19,035 bases of DNA from a virus. Lineage: Duplodnaviria; Heunggongvirae; Uroviricota; Caudoviricetes. A model generated the notes under the pieces. That model had not been told where the DNA came from. It searched no databases and was given only the letters and a program-made list of their open reading frames with translations. Numbering within the stretch: position 1 is the stretch's first letter; every line of letters begins with the position of its first letter. The DNA lies in the IMG/VR virus record IMGVR_UViG_2645727555_000005, positions 1 through 19,035 of that record; one strand, 5' to 3'. Shown here one piece after another: positions 7,498 through 14,684 of the stretch. Position numbers and translations under genes: made by a program.

Positions 7498-8998
7498 CCA
7501 GATCTGGCATTTCGATATCCGCCAGAACCTGATCTCGGAAAGTTGCCATTTCGGCACCAATATCTTCATTAGCAGGCACATAGTCCACCAGCATAGTGAA
7601 GCAGTAGGTATCCCATCGGTCAGGCGATTTGATGTTTAGCTTTTGCCGCATGTGCTCTTTGCGCATCATCGCCATTTTCCCTTCCTCATTCAGTAAAAAG
7701 GGGATTTTTGACGCTTGCTCTGCCGTTTTAGGGTCACTGTCTATCCGCATACGCCCTGACTTTATGGCATCACGCGCCATAATATTTGCGTAGGCACGCT
7801 GATTAACAAATCGCTCCCTGTCTTTGTTCGCAAACATGGGTTTTCCCCACCGAATACGTACCGGGTTCGCACCACGACGCACCAACTGCGCACACGCATC
7901 AGAACCAAAACCATCGGCATCAACCGCGATTGTTATATTCGGGTATTTTTCCGGCGTACATTCGTTATATATGAAGTCAGCAAAGGCCAATGGGTCCATA
8001 GTGCCAGGCATCTCCATTACCTTAAAGTTAACAACGCGCCGCTTATCCCTGTGACCAGATACCTTGCAGATGTTGAGGACCGACTTATCTCGCCCATTAC
8101 CAACGTCAGCCGTTGCCACCCATCCCCAGTTTTTCTCCAACAACACCTTGCGGCGAGCTGCGCGATCGCATTCATCACGACCAAGCAAATAGCCGTTAAT
8201 TTCTCGTGGGAACTGACCAAGCACCTTGACCATGTACTCAATAGAATCGCGCCCGCCATATTCCAGAAGCTTCTGCTTGATGAATTGTGGTGTGACGAAC
8301 GGTGATTCTTCCGAGTTAAGAACAATTGCTGTCCAGATCCCTTTCGGGTTGTCTGGGGTTTTTGCTTGAGAATGGTGCGAATCGTAGAAATAACCACTTG
8401 GCCTTGTTGGCTGGGATAGCATCAACATCCGGTTATCTTCTTCAGTAAGAGCACCGGTCATTACGCCGATCGCCTTATCAGATATACCAGATGCTTCATC
8501 CAGAATTAGAAGCAAATGTGCCGCATGTTCCCCCGCCAGCGCTTCTTCGTTGCCGAGTCGATAACCTTTGCAGAGAACTTCCCAAATCCCCTTACGGGAG
8601 CGCTCATAAAACATGGTGTCAGAGAGGACAAAATAGGTCTGCAACCACCCATGACGCTTAACTGCATTCGCCCAATACTGTTTAACGTATTTGAATACGC
8701 CTGTTTTTACCTGGCCTATCTTGTTAGCAACAATGATGACACGGGCATCGGGGAACAGGATCATAAAAATCAACAGCAACATCGCGGTAAGGGACGACTT
8801 CCCCGTTCCGTGTCCGGACGTGACGGTCGTCCTACTCCCCGTTTCCTGCACTGACTGAATGATCTGCTGCTGCTGGTGGGAGGGGAACATCCCAAAAATA
8901 TCGACAACAGCCTGGGTAAAGTTGTAGCGGTATTTGATTACCATATCGCGCCAGCGTGGATCGCTGGTGACGCATTTAATCTTGCGCCCGCCAGCCAT
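7490..8998 (-). CDS. pacB: terminase large subunit (PacB-like)
   Basis: 502 aa with Walker A GHGTGKS near the N-terminus and an acidic nuclease-type C-terminal half. Start overlaps pacA stop by 1 nt. P1-type order lpa-pacA-pacB. Confidence 0.9.
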   Translation of the reverse strand: MAGGRKIKCVTSDPRWRDMVIKYRYNFTQAVVDIFGMFPSHQQQQIIQSVQETGSRTTVTSGHGTGKSSLTAMLLLIFMILFPDARVIIVANKIGQVKTGVFKYVKQYWANAVKRHGWLQTYFVLSDTMFYERSRKGIWEVLCKGYRLGNEEALAGEHAAHLLLILDEASGISDKAIGVMTGALTEEDNRMLMLSQPTRPSGYFYDSHHSQAKTPDNPKGIWTAIVLNSEESPFVTPQFIKQKLLEYGGRDSIEYMVKVLGQFPREINGYLLGRDECDRAARRKVLLEKNWGWVATADVGNGRDKSVLNICKVSGHRDKRRVVNFKVMEMPGTMDPLAFADFIYNECTPEKYPNITIAVDADGFGSDACAQLVRRGANPVRIRWGKPMFANKDRERFVNQRAYANIMARDAIKSGRMRIDSDPKTAEQASKIPFLLNEEGKMAMMRKEHMRQKLNIKSPDRWDTYCFTMLVDYVPANEDIGAEMATFRDQVLADIEMPDLDI

Positions 8999-10362
8999 TA
9001 ATCATCCTCCGGCGGTTCTATCGCGATATCATCATCTCCGGCGTCATACCCTGCATCAGATGCATCATAATCACCGTAAATTTCAGCCGTTGCCGAAGGG
9101 TCAATATCCAGCTCTTCGTCGTTGGCCTCGAATTCTCCAGCTTTACGCTCGCCATTGCGGTCGTAATCTCCGCACCCCAATTCTTCAACAATGGTTGCCA
9201 CATCCGCCCGGCGCTCTGCCAGCCATTGCGGATGGTTAGCCTGAAGCGTTGCAAACTCCCTTGCCTCTTTGTCCAGCTGTTCATCATCAACATCATTGAC
9301 GTCAGAAACAGGTGGTTCGAGAAGAGTGATAGCTTTCGCCGCGCGCGCCGCGAGGATAGCCGGGACGCTGACCCCCTGGCGCTCGATGTATTCAGCAACA
9401 CCGATATCATCCAGTTCCTCGCGCTCACGCATACGTATAGCGGCGGCGATAACTCTGGCAGCGCGTGCGTCAGCGCCAATGCGATATTCAATCTCTTTGC
9501 CACGCTGTTCGGCCTGTAGGCGTGCTAATTCGAGTTTTTCTCTGGCCTCAGCCTCTTTGAATGCTTGCTGGCGAGCGCTCTGACGAAGCTTTTCATCCCC
9601 CTGTCGCAGCTTTTGTTCGGACTGATATATAGCTGCCAACCTACTGATAAAATCATTCATGTAGTAGGCCGCGTCACTGATTAGACCGAGAAGGCGCTGC
9701 CCAGGGTGCATTCCTTCTGGCTCTTTATCGCCCAAGGCGTCTATTTCCGCCTGTAGACGTTCGGCCTCCTGATCAACAATGCTTTGATACTGAAGTGCGC
9801 GCTCTTGCGCCATTTGAATTGCTAACCGCAGGTGTTCTTCTGCGCCGTTCTTCATCATATCGCGAGCCACATTCGTAGTGGGCAATGTGGCACGCTGCAC
9901 AGCACCGCCAGGGATCATTGCTGAAGATCCCTCAATTTTTGGGGCGCTTTTATCTTCTTCGGGGATCATTTTCGCCATTTTTTCGCGCAATGGTCTCCTG
10001 ACAGATTCTTTTATCTCATTGTTATTATTTGCATTATTTTCATGATCCGAAGTTTTCTTTCTCGGCATACTTCGGAAAGAACCTGCGCCCTGCGAATTGT
10101 CAATTTCTGTAAATTTTGTTTTTTCTGCACCCTCTTCCAGCTTTTTTGTTGCTCTTCCCGCCCGTTTTTTTTCAGGTGATTTGGTGCTTTTTTTTGTTGT
10201 CTTTACCTGCGACCGCACCTCATTTTTTTTCATATTGAGATGCTTTCTGGCTGTATTGAAGCTAAGGCCATGCTCCTCACAGTATTCCTTTACAGTGATC
10301 CCTTTTTCTTCACGCAACGCTATAAAGCGGGCGCGGTGCTCCTCCCAATTAACCAGACTCAT
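8998..10362 (-). CDS. pacA: terminase small / pac-recognition subunit (PacA-like)
   Basis: 454 aa. N-terminal HTH-like segment (WEEHRARFIALREEKGITVKEYCEEHGLSFNTARKHL) resembling the P1 PacA N-terminus; Lys-rich linker; central coiled coil; acidic C-terminus. ATGA overlap with lpa. Confidence 0.8.
   Translation of the reverse strand: MSLVNWEEHRARFIALREEKGITVKEYCEEHGLSFNTARKHLNMKKNEVRSQVKTTKKSTKSPEKKRAGRATKKLEEGAEKTKFTEIDNSQGAGSFRSMPRKKTSDHENNANNNNEIKESVRRPLREKMAKMIPEEDKSAPKIEGSSAMIPGGAVQRATLPTTNVARDMMKNGAEEHLRLAIQMAQERALQYQSIVDQEAERLQAEIDALGDKEPEGMHPGQRLLGLISDAAYYMNDFISRLAAIYQSEQKLRQGDEKLRQSARQQAFKEAEAREKLELARLQAEQRGKEIEYRIGADARAARVIAAAIRMREREELDDIGVAEYIERQGVSVPAILAARAAKAITLLEPPVSDVNDVDDEQLDKEAREFATLQANHPQWLAERRADVATIVEELGCGDYDRNGERKAGEFEANDEELDIDPSATAEIYGDYDASDAGYDAGDDDIAIEPPEDD
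9900..10050. other. candidate pac cleavage region (GATC hexamer cluster inside pacA)
   Basis: TGATCC-type hexamers on opposite strands at 9913-9916, 9964-9967 and 10044-10047, plus GATC at 9926, TGATCA at 9770 and TGATCC at 10297, flanking an A/T-rich core (10000-10040). P1 pac is a cluster of Dam-methylatable TGATCA/G hexamers inside pacA. Confidence 0.3.
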
Positions 10363-10751
10363 AAAGCAACACCACGCTTTTTAACGGCGGCATTCCACAG
10401 CTTATTCGCCATGTCCACCAGCTCTCGTTGCTCTTTTCGCGCCTGTTCGACTGATTTCCTGCTACAGTTTTTAACCAGTAAGCTACCGTATTCAGGCGTG
10501 CGCCCGCGCACCTTGAACTGATATCCGTTCAGACCATGTAGCCAGTATTTTCGTGGATACACACGATCATCCAGCTCACAGATTGCCCTGCTTGAACGAA
10601 CAAAATGACGAATGATGTTAGTTACACTTACTCGTGAAACATGGAGATGAGGGTATTTTTCTTTGGCGAGAGTGGTAATTTCAGTGACTGTCAGATAGCA
10701 GTCAGCCCTGATCATGATATCCGCAATTTCTGCGCTGCTGATTTGTTCCAT
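10359..10751 (-). CDS. lpa: late-promoter-activator-like protein (Lpa position)
   Basis: 130-aa ORF immediately upstream of and overlapping pacA, as lpa is in P1. TATAAT-containing promoter region upstream. Assignment is by synteny only. Confidence 0.5.
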   Translation of the reverse strand: MEQISSAEIADIMIRADCYLTVTEITTLAKEKYPHLHVSRVSVTNIIRHFVRSSRAICELDDRVYPRKYWLHGLNGYQFKVRGRTPEYGSLLVKNCSRKSVEQARKEQRELVDMANKLWNAAVKKRGVAL

Positions 10752-10859
10752 TAATCCCCCGGGCAGGAAATGACCGAGGGGATGATAATGAGAATGTTAA
10801 AACTGTATAGACTGGTAAAAAGATGATTATATTAGAAAATTAATATTAAATACCTAACA

Positions 10860-11252
10860 CTACCAGCGAGACAAACGAACAACATGTTTCACTTTTGCGA
10901 TCCACTTTCCGCGATAACTATTGATTACGGCCTGTGCCAGCTTCAAATTGGCTTCAAAATCAGCCTTACTACCATCAGACTCCACCAGCATTCCTCCATC
11001 TATTTCTGGTAAACATAGATAATCCTGCTCAACCTGCAGCGGCATTGATGGCTCTCTGAATGGCGTTACTTGCTCTGCTTTCCAGCGAAATCTAACCCTC
11101 ATCCCCCTGGTGGTCATTACTAGATAGCCTGTTATAGTGCTTTTATGGCCCACATCAGTACGCGTGGCATTGCATGACACGATCTTACAGTTAGCGATAG
11201 ACCACTCCATATTGGTGGCCTGTTGAGTGCTTAATTTGGTAGTCCCGTACAT
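10860..11252 (-). CDS. hypothetical protein (130 aa)
   Basis: ORF whose start overlaps the stop of the upstream DUF2829-like gene by 1 nt; no motif recognised. Confidence 0.55.
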   Translation of the reverse strand: MYGTTKLSTQQATNMEWSIANCKIVSCNATRTDVGHKSTITGYLVMTTRGMRVRFRWKAEQVTPFREPSMPLQVEQDYLCLPEIDGGMLVESDGSKADFEANLKLAQAVINSYRGKWIAKVKHVVRLSRW

Positions 11253-11827
11253 CAGAAAGCCTCCCAGTCAGTCGCGATAATATCCACACCAGTTGCAAAC
11301 CAGTCTGTCTGCGCCTGTAAATCCCCATTCATCATTACCAAGCGAGGCATCACCATCACATCGCACCCTTCCACAATATCGAATGCCTCTTCCGGTAAGA
11401 ATTCGAAGAGCTTTTCTTTGCTGCCAATGCTGCCACGGAACATCGATATATAGCTCCCTTTAGGCCATGATGTCCGCCGGGCATCAAGCCCTTTCATCAT
11501 CCAGTAAAAAGCCGAGGAAAAAGGGATATTCTTTTTGCCAATGATTACATTATTCGCTTCTGTGTACTTCAGGAACTTAACTAACCTTACCATTGACTCG
11601 GATAACGCAACGTATGGCTCATGATTGATTGCTGACACGCTTACACCGTGCAATCCAACGCTTACCACTGTCATATCGCCGCTCTGTGCGGTTTCGATAT
11701 TGACGCCTTTGCGAACTAATGAGGCGTAAAGTTCCTCTCGCTTTTGGGTCCAGCGTTCCCGCTTCCCTATGAAGTCACTCAAAATGAGATCTTCTTCTGC
11801 ATGTGCGTTATCGTTCGCCATTAACAT
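11252..11827 (-). CDS. hypothetical protein with C-terminal DUF2829-like domain
   Basis: 191 aa. C-terminal FSSAFYWMMKGLDARRTSWPKGSYI...DIIATDWEAF fits the same DUF2829 pattern as the 216-aa protein at 2955-3605. Near-palindrome CATCTCTCGG...CCGATAGAGATG at 11861-11890 just upstream. Confidence 0.65.
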   Translation of the reverse strand: MLMANDNAHAEEDLILSDFIGKRERWTQKREELYASLVRKGVNIETAQSGDMTVVSVGLHGVSVSAINHEPYVALSESMVRLVKFLKYTEANNVIIGKKNIPFSSAFYWMMKGLDARRTSWPKGSYISMFRGSIGSKEKLFEFLPEEAFDIVEGCDVMVMPRLVMMNGDLQAQTDWFATGVDIIATDWEAF

Positions 11828-12282
11828 AACGTCTCCTTTTTACACGCGCGACCATCTCTCGGTTAAACCGATAGAGATGTCGAAACTTCGTATTAATTAA
11901 GGGTTACAGCCTGAGCGGCTATATGATGAATTGAAAGGAGTTGTGGCGGTGGTGCCTCCACCTGCCAGGTCAGCCACGCCCGGCGACGACACTTATCAGA
12001 ACCTCAATGAATGAAAATGGCTTCGTCACGAGCGCATAGCCGCAATTACCACAACGGAAACGGCGCTCGCGTTAATTAAACGCCTTTTCCTGTTGTGCGC
12101 CGTACTCTTCCGGCTGTCACACCGAATCGCCAGGATGGTGAGTCCTCGGTCCGACGATATGAACGGGGCTTGCACATTCCGGCTACCTGGTTTGTTGCCT
12201 GAGCTAGGGGCAAGGTTCCCCCCTTTTAACGTCACCAGACCGCTAACGACGCATGTGCCAGACGCCGTGTTACAACCAAATG

Positions 12283-12358
12283 TGGTGGCCCCTACCGGAC
12301 TTGAACCGGTGACCGTGCGATTATGAGTCGCCAGCTCTAACCACTGAGCTAAAGGGCC
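12283..12358 (-). tRNA. tRNA with CAT anticodon, most like tRNA-Ile2 (lysidine, AUA decoder); elongator Met not excluded
   Basis: 76 nt incl. encoded CCA: GGCCCTT TA GCTC AGTGGTTA GAGC T GGCGA CTCATAA TCGCA CGGTC ACCGG TTCAAGT CCGGT AGGGGCC A CCA. G1-C72 pair, so not initiator. Closely resembles E. coli ileX as recalled. Confidence 0.85.
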
Positions 12359-12495
12359 AGATTACTGTTAATTCCGCTTACGCTTTTTGCCAGAACCGCG
12401 TAAGGCTTTTGCCGCTTGCTCGACCCCATATGCAACCACCAGCAAAAATAAAAATGTCCAACCAGGGTTCTTATCGGCAAACGCCCAAAAATTCA

Positions 12496-12819
12496 TCACT
12501 TACAGCCACCTTGCATTTCCTTGGATAATTCATTGATTTTAGTGCTCAATAAGTAATCAAAATAAAGATAAAACACAAAAGTAACGATAGTGCTTAAAGT
12601 GTCTGAAATTGCGTATTTCAGCTCAGGAAGCATGACAAAGCAGACAAATAGCGGAAGAAATAACTGCACTATGCACAGGCTCTTCTTCCACAACCATCTA
12701 TATCTGAAGTCTGACAACAAAAACTCCATTGCTTGAAACTTTATTAGATTGCGGTGCCTGGTGCCTCCAGGTGACGTTAACCAGTTAACAATTAACGTCG
12801 GGATGTTTGACTTAACCAC
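12496..12819 (-). CDS. possible small hydrophobic membrane protein (start uncertain, GTG 12819 or ATG 12729)
   Basis: Track ORF; the portion from the internal Met (MEFLLSDF...) is strongly hydrophobic. No convincing RBS. Located between tRNA genes. Confidence 0.3.
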   Translation of the reverse strand: MVKSNIPTLIVNWLTSPGGTRHRNLIKFQAMEFLLSDFRYRWLWKKSLCIVQLFLPLFVCFVMLPELKYAISDTLSTIVTFVFYLYFDYLLSTKINELSKEMQGGCK

Positions 12820-12979
12820 TAAGGAGGATTGTTTTAACTGTTCCGCGTGCGCTTAGCCGCATTCACCGCAATGGTAAGAGCACTTGGCTGGCTGGGCGGC
12901 GATGACGCCTGTACGCATTTGGTGATCCGGTTCTGCTTCCGGCATTCGCTTAATTAGCCAAATACTCTTAACGTTGCGA

Positions 12980-13066
12980 TGGCGGAGAGTAATGGAATCG
13001 AACCATCATCGCTTGCGCAATGGGACGGTTTTCAAGACCGCTTGAGCACCATGCTCCCTACTCTCC
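12980..13066 (-). tRNA. type-II (long variable arm) tRNA-like gene, anticodon TGA (Ser)
   Basis: 87 nt incl. CCA. 7-bp acceptor GGAGAGT/ACTCTCC, anticodon arm GCGGT CTTGAAA ACCGT, T-arm GATGG TTCGATT CCATT, discriminator G. D-arm is atypical (GAGC/GCTC stem, 5-nt loop, 3-nt linker), so needs a tRNA scan. Confidence 0.55.
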
Positions 13067-13261
13067 AGTGATTGTGGTGGTCGGTGCTGATCTCCGACAC
13101 AGGGTTGTAGCAAGCCCCGCAAAGCGCGCACTACTGTAGTTGCGGCACATCAGCCTGTGCATTCACCACAATGTTGAGAACACTGGTTGTCACGCGGCAA
13201 CGCAACATTTATTCATAGATTGGGATATGACCCCGTTACGCCAATGTTCTCAATATTATGT

Positions 13262-13337
13262 TGGTGCCGGTTAACGGACTTGAACCGCTGGCCATTCGCT
13301 TACAAAGCGACTGCTCTACCAACTGAGCTAAACCGGC
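13262..13337 (-). tRNA. tRNA-Thr (anticodon TGT)
   Basis: 76 nt incl. CCA: GCCGGTT TA GCTC AGTTGGTA GAGC A GTCGC TTTGTAA GCGAA TGGCC AGCGG TTCAAGT CCGTT AACCGGC A CCA. Canonical cloverleaf. Confidence 0.9.
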
Positions 13338-13341
13338 AATT

Positions 13342-13428
13342 TGGTGGGGAGTGATGGAGTCGAACCACCCGAGTCGCAATGACAGTAGATTTACAGTCTA
13401 CCCCGCTACCCCTACGGACTAACTCCCC
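13342..13428 (-). tRNA. type-II tRNA-Tyr (anticodon GTA)
   Basis: 87 nt incl. CCA. Acceptor GGGGAGT/ACTCCCC, anticodon arm GTAGA CTGTAAA TCTAC (same loop as E. coli tRNA-Tyr), long variable arm, T-arm GGTGG TTCGACT CCATC. D-arm spacing off by 1 nt from canonical. Confidence 0.75.
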
Positions 13429-13433
13429 TAAAT

Positions 13434-13510
13434 TGGCGATGGTGGGCGGATTCGAACCACCGACCGACAGCTTAGAAGGCTGCTGCTCTATCCTACTGAG
13501 CTACACCATC
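13434..13510 (-). tRNA. tRNA-Arg (anticodon TCT, AGA decoder)
   Basis: 77 nt incl. CCA: GATGGTG TA GCTC AGTAGGATA GAGC A GCAGC CTTCTAA GCTGT CGGTC GGTGG TTCGAAT CCGCC CACCATC G CCA. Canonical cloverleaf. Confidence 0.85.
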
Positions 13511-13964
13511 ACTTGCCGGGTACGTCTCCGGCGAGGGCTTCCACCTCCGTATGCTTTTCGGCGCACCGCGCCCTGGCTGCAATTCGGTAACAGGGGATGC
13601 ACAACCCTGGCTTCCAGCGTGATTAGCGCCTTCAGCATGACGGGATATACCCGTTACAAGACATTATCCCAGAAAGCCATTAACCAATGGCTGTTACGCG
13701 GGAGGGACGTAACAGGTAAGGGCGCTGACCAGAAAGACCTGACCCTTCTCATTCATCTGGTTAATCACACCAGCGCCCTTGCCTGTTATGCCTCCCCGTT
13801 CCCTAATACACAGACGGGGACACTCTGCGGTCGATTTTTTGACGGGGGACGACTCATACCCCGTGGCGTCTGGCTTCTTAGGCCGCTACCATCATCAGAT
13901 CATCGTTTGCATTTACTTTAATGGTCGGTTTCTAAACCGCCGCAAAGTCGCTAACCATGACGAA

Positions 13965-13994
13965 AACCCTAAAAAAGCCCACCCGAAGATGGGC
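13965..13994 (-). terminator. candidate intrinsic terminator inside the ORF-free segment (minus-strand sense)
   Basis: On the minus strand, hairpin GCCCA-TCTTCGGG-TGGGC followed by TTTTTTAGGGTTTTCG. Short 5-bp stem, so moderate confidence. Confidence 0.4.
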
Positions 13995-14013
13995 AAATAC
14001 GCTACATCTCACA

Positions 14014-14092
14014 CAAGAAAGAAGCCGACTGCCTGAGCTGGATTCACTTTCAAATGCCCGCTGAAAGGGATCACAAGTCGGCTTCTTTCTTG
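14014..14092. repeat. 17-bp perfect inverted repeat flanking a 45-bp spacer
   Basis: CAAGAAAGAAGCCGACT (14014-14030) and its exact reverse complement AGTCGGCTTCTTTCTTG (14076-14092). Confidence 0.85.
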
Positions 14093-14308
14093 ATGCGGCA
14101 CTCTCTCCGCCCGTCACCGCTCTGTCTCGGTTGTCGCGTTTGCCACGCCAGCCGTAACGAGGTTTAAAGTCTTTGCACGTTTCCATCACTCGACTGCCGT
14201 CTGTGGCTGTTCGTTGCAGCGGGGGTGCCTCCCCCTGGGGATATCCCCGGCCTTACCCCATTCTTTCAAGACACAATGCAAGGCCACATCCGCATAGGTG
14301 CATTACTG

Positions 14309-14373
14309 CAACATTAAGGAGACTCAGGGCAAAAGGTAACCGCCACAAAAATCCCTATGCCTCCTTAATGTTG
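14309..14373. repeat. 13-bp perfect inverted repeat flanking a 39-bp spacer
   Basis: CAACATTAAGGAG (14309-14321) and CTCCTTAATGTTG (14361-14373). Nearby GC palindromes GGGGGTGCCTCCCCC (14221-14235) and GGGGATATCCCC (14237-14248). Confidence 0.85.
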
Positions 14374-14684
14374 AAGATGTGCATTGATGATTAGATGCAG
14401 CATGTACCGTTACTCTCTGCCGGACCATCATCAATGAACACCTTAAAAAGACCTTCCGTGGCTCAACATGTATTGTCGTTTACTCCGCAAAGTGCTCTCT
14501 CTGAAACCACTTTCCGCACTAAACCTACTGAACTTTGGCCTGCACGGTGCCAAAGCGTGCTCTTGCGTTACTATACTTTTCTAACACTTTAATTTGTTAA
14601 ATGCTGGTGGGTGAACAATAACCAATAAGTGACTATCAAGCCCAGCAAGCGAAACGTGGGTACCGCCCACCAGCAAGGAAAATT

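Noticed and set aside
8017-8854. Track ORFs 8017..8397, 8051..8305 and 8516..8854 inside pacB
   Set aside because: Embedded in the terminase large-subunit gene on either strand; the PacB frame with Walker A motif explains the region.
9018-9583. Track ORFs 9018..9503, 9226..9519 and 9269..9583 inside pacA
   Set aside because: Overlap the PacA reading frame; Ser/Arg/Ala-rich alternative-frame translations typical of spurious ORFs.
12093-12326. 77-aa plus-strand ORF overlapping the tRNA-Ile2 gene
   Set aside because: Its 3' end is the reverse complement of the tRNA; no RBS.
12730-12746. Possible C1-type operator (CAATCTAATAAAGTTT on the minus strand)
   Set aside because: Only about 11 of 17 matches to the P1 operator consensus as I recall it, and it lies inside a weakly supported small ORF; not distinguishable from chance.
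13379-13921. 180-aa plus-strand ORF
   Set aside because: Runs straight across the tRNA-Thr, tRNA-Tyr and tRNA-Arg genes; translation is Arg/Pro/Leu-rich; artefact of GC-rich structured DNA.
14173-14592. Two adjoining plus-strand track ORFs separated only by an in-frame TAG (possible pseudogene or read-through gene)
   Set aside because: Translation is Arg/Pro/His-rich with no recognisable domain and no RBS at either start; more likely an open frame by chance in GC-rich non-coding DNA. Kept only as part of the ORF-free segment finding.
13511-14684. tmRNA, RNase P RNA or a sixth tRNA in the ORF-free segment
   Set aside because: No T-loop (GTTCRANYC) with a matching acceptor stem, no tmRNA tag-reading-frame signature and no RNase P conserved-region motifs found by eye on either strand.
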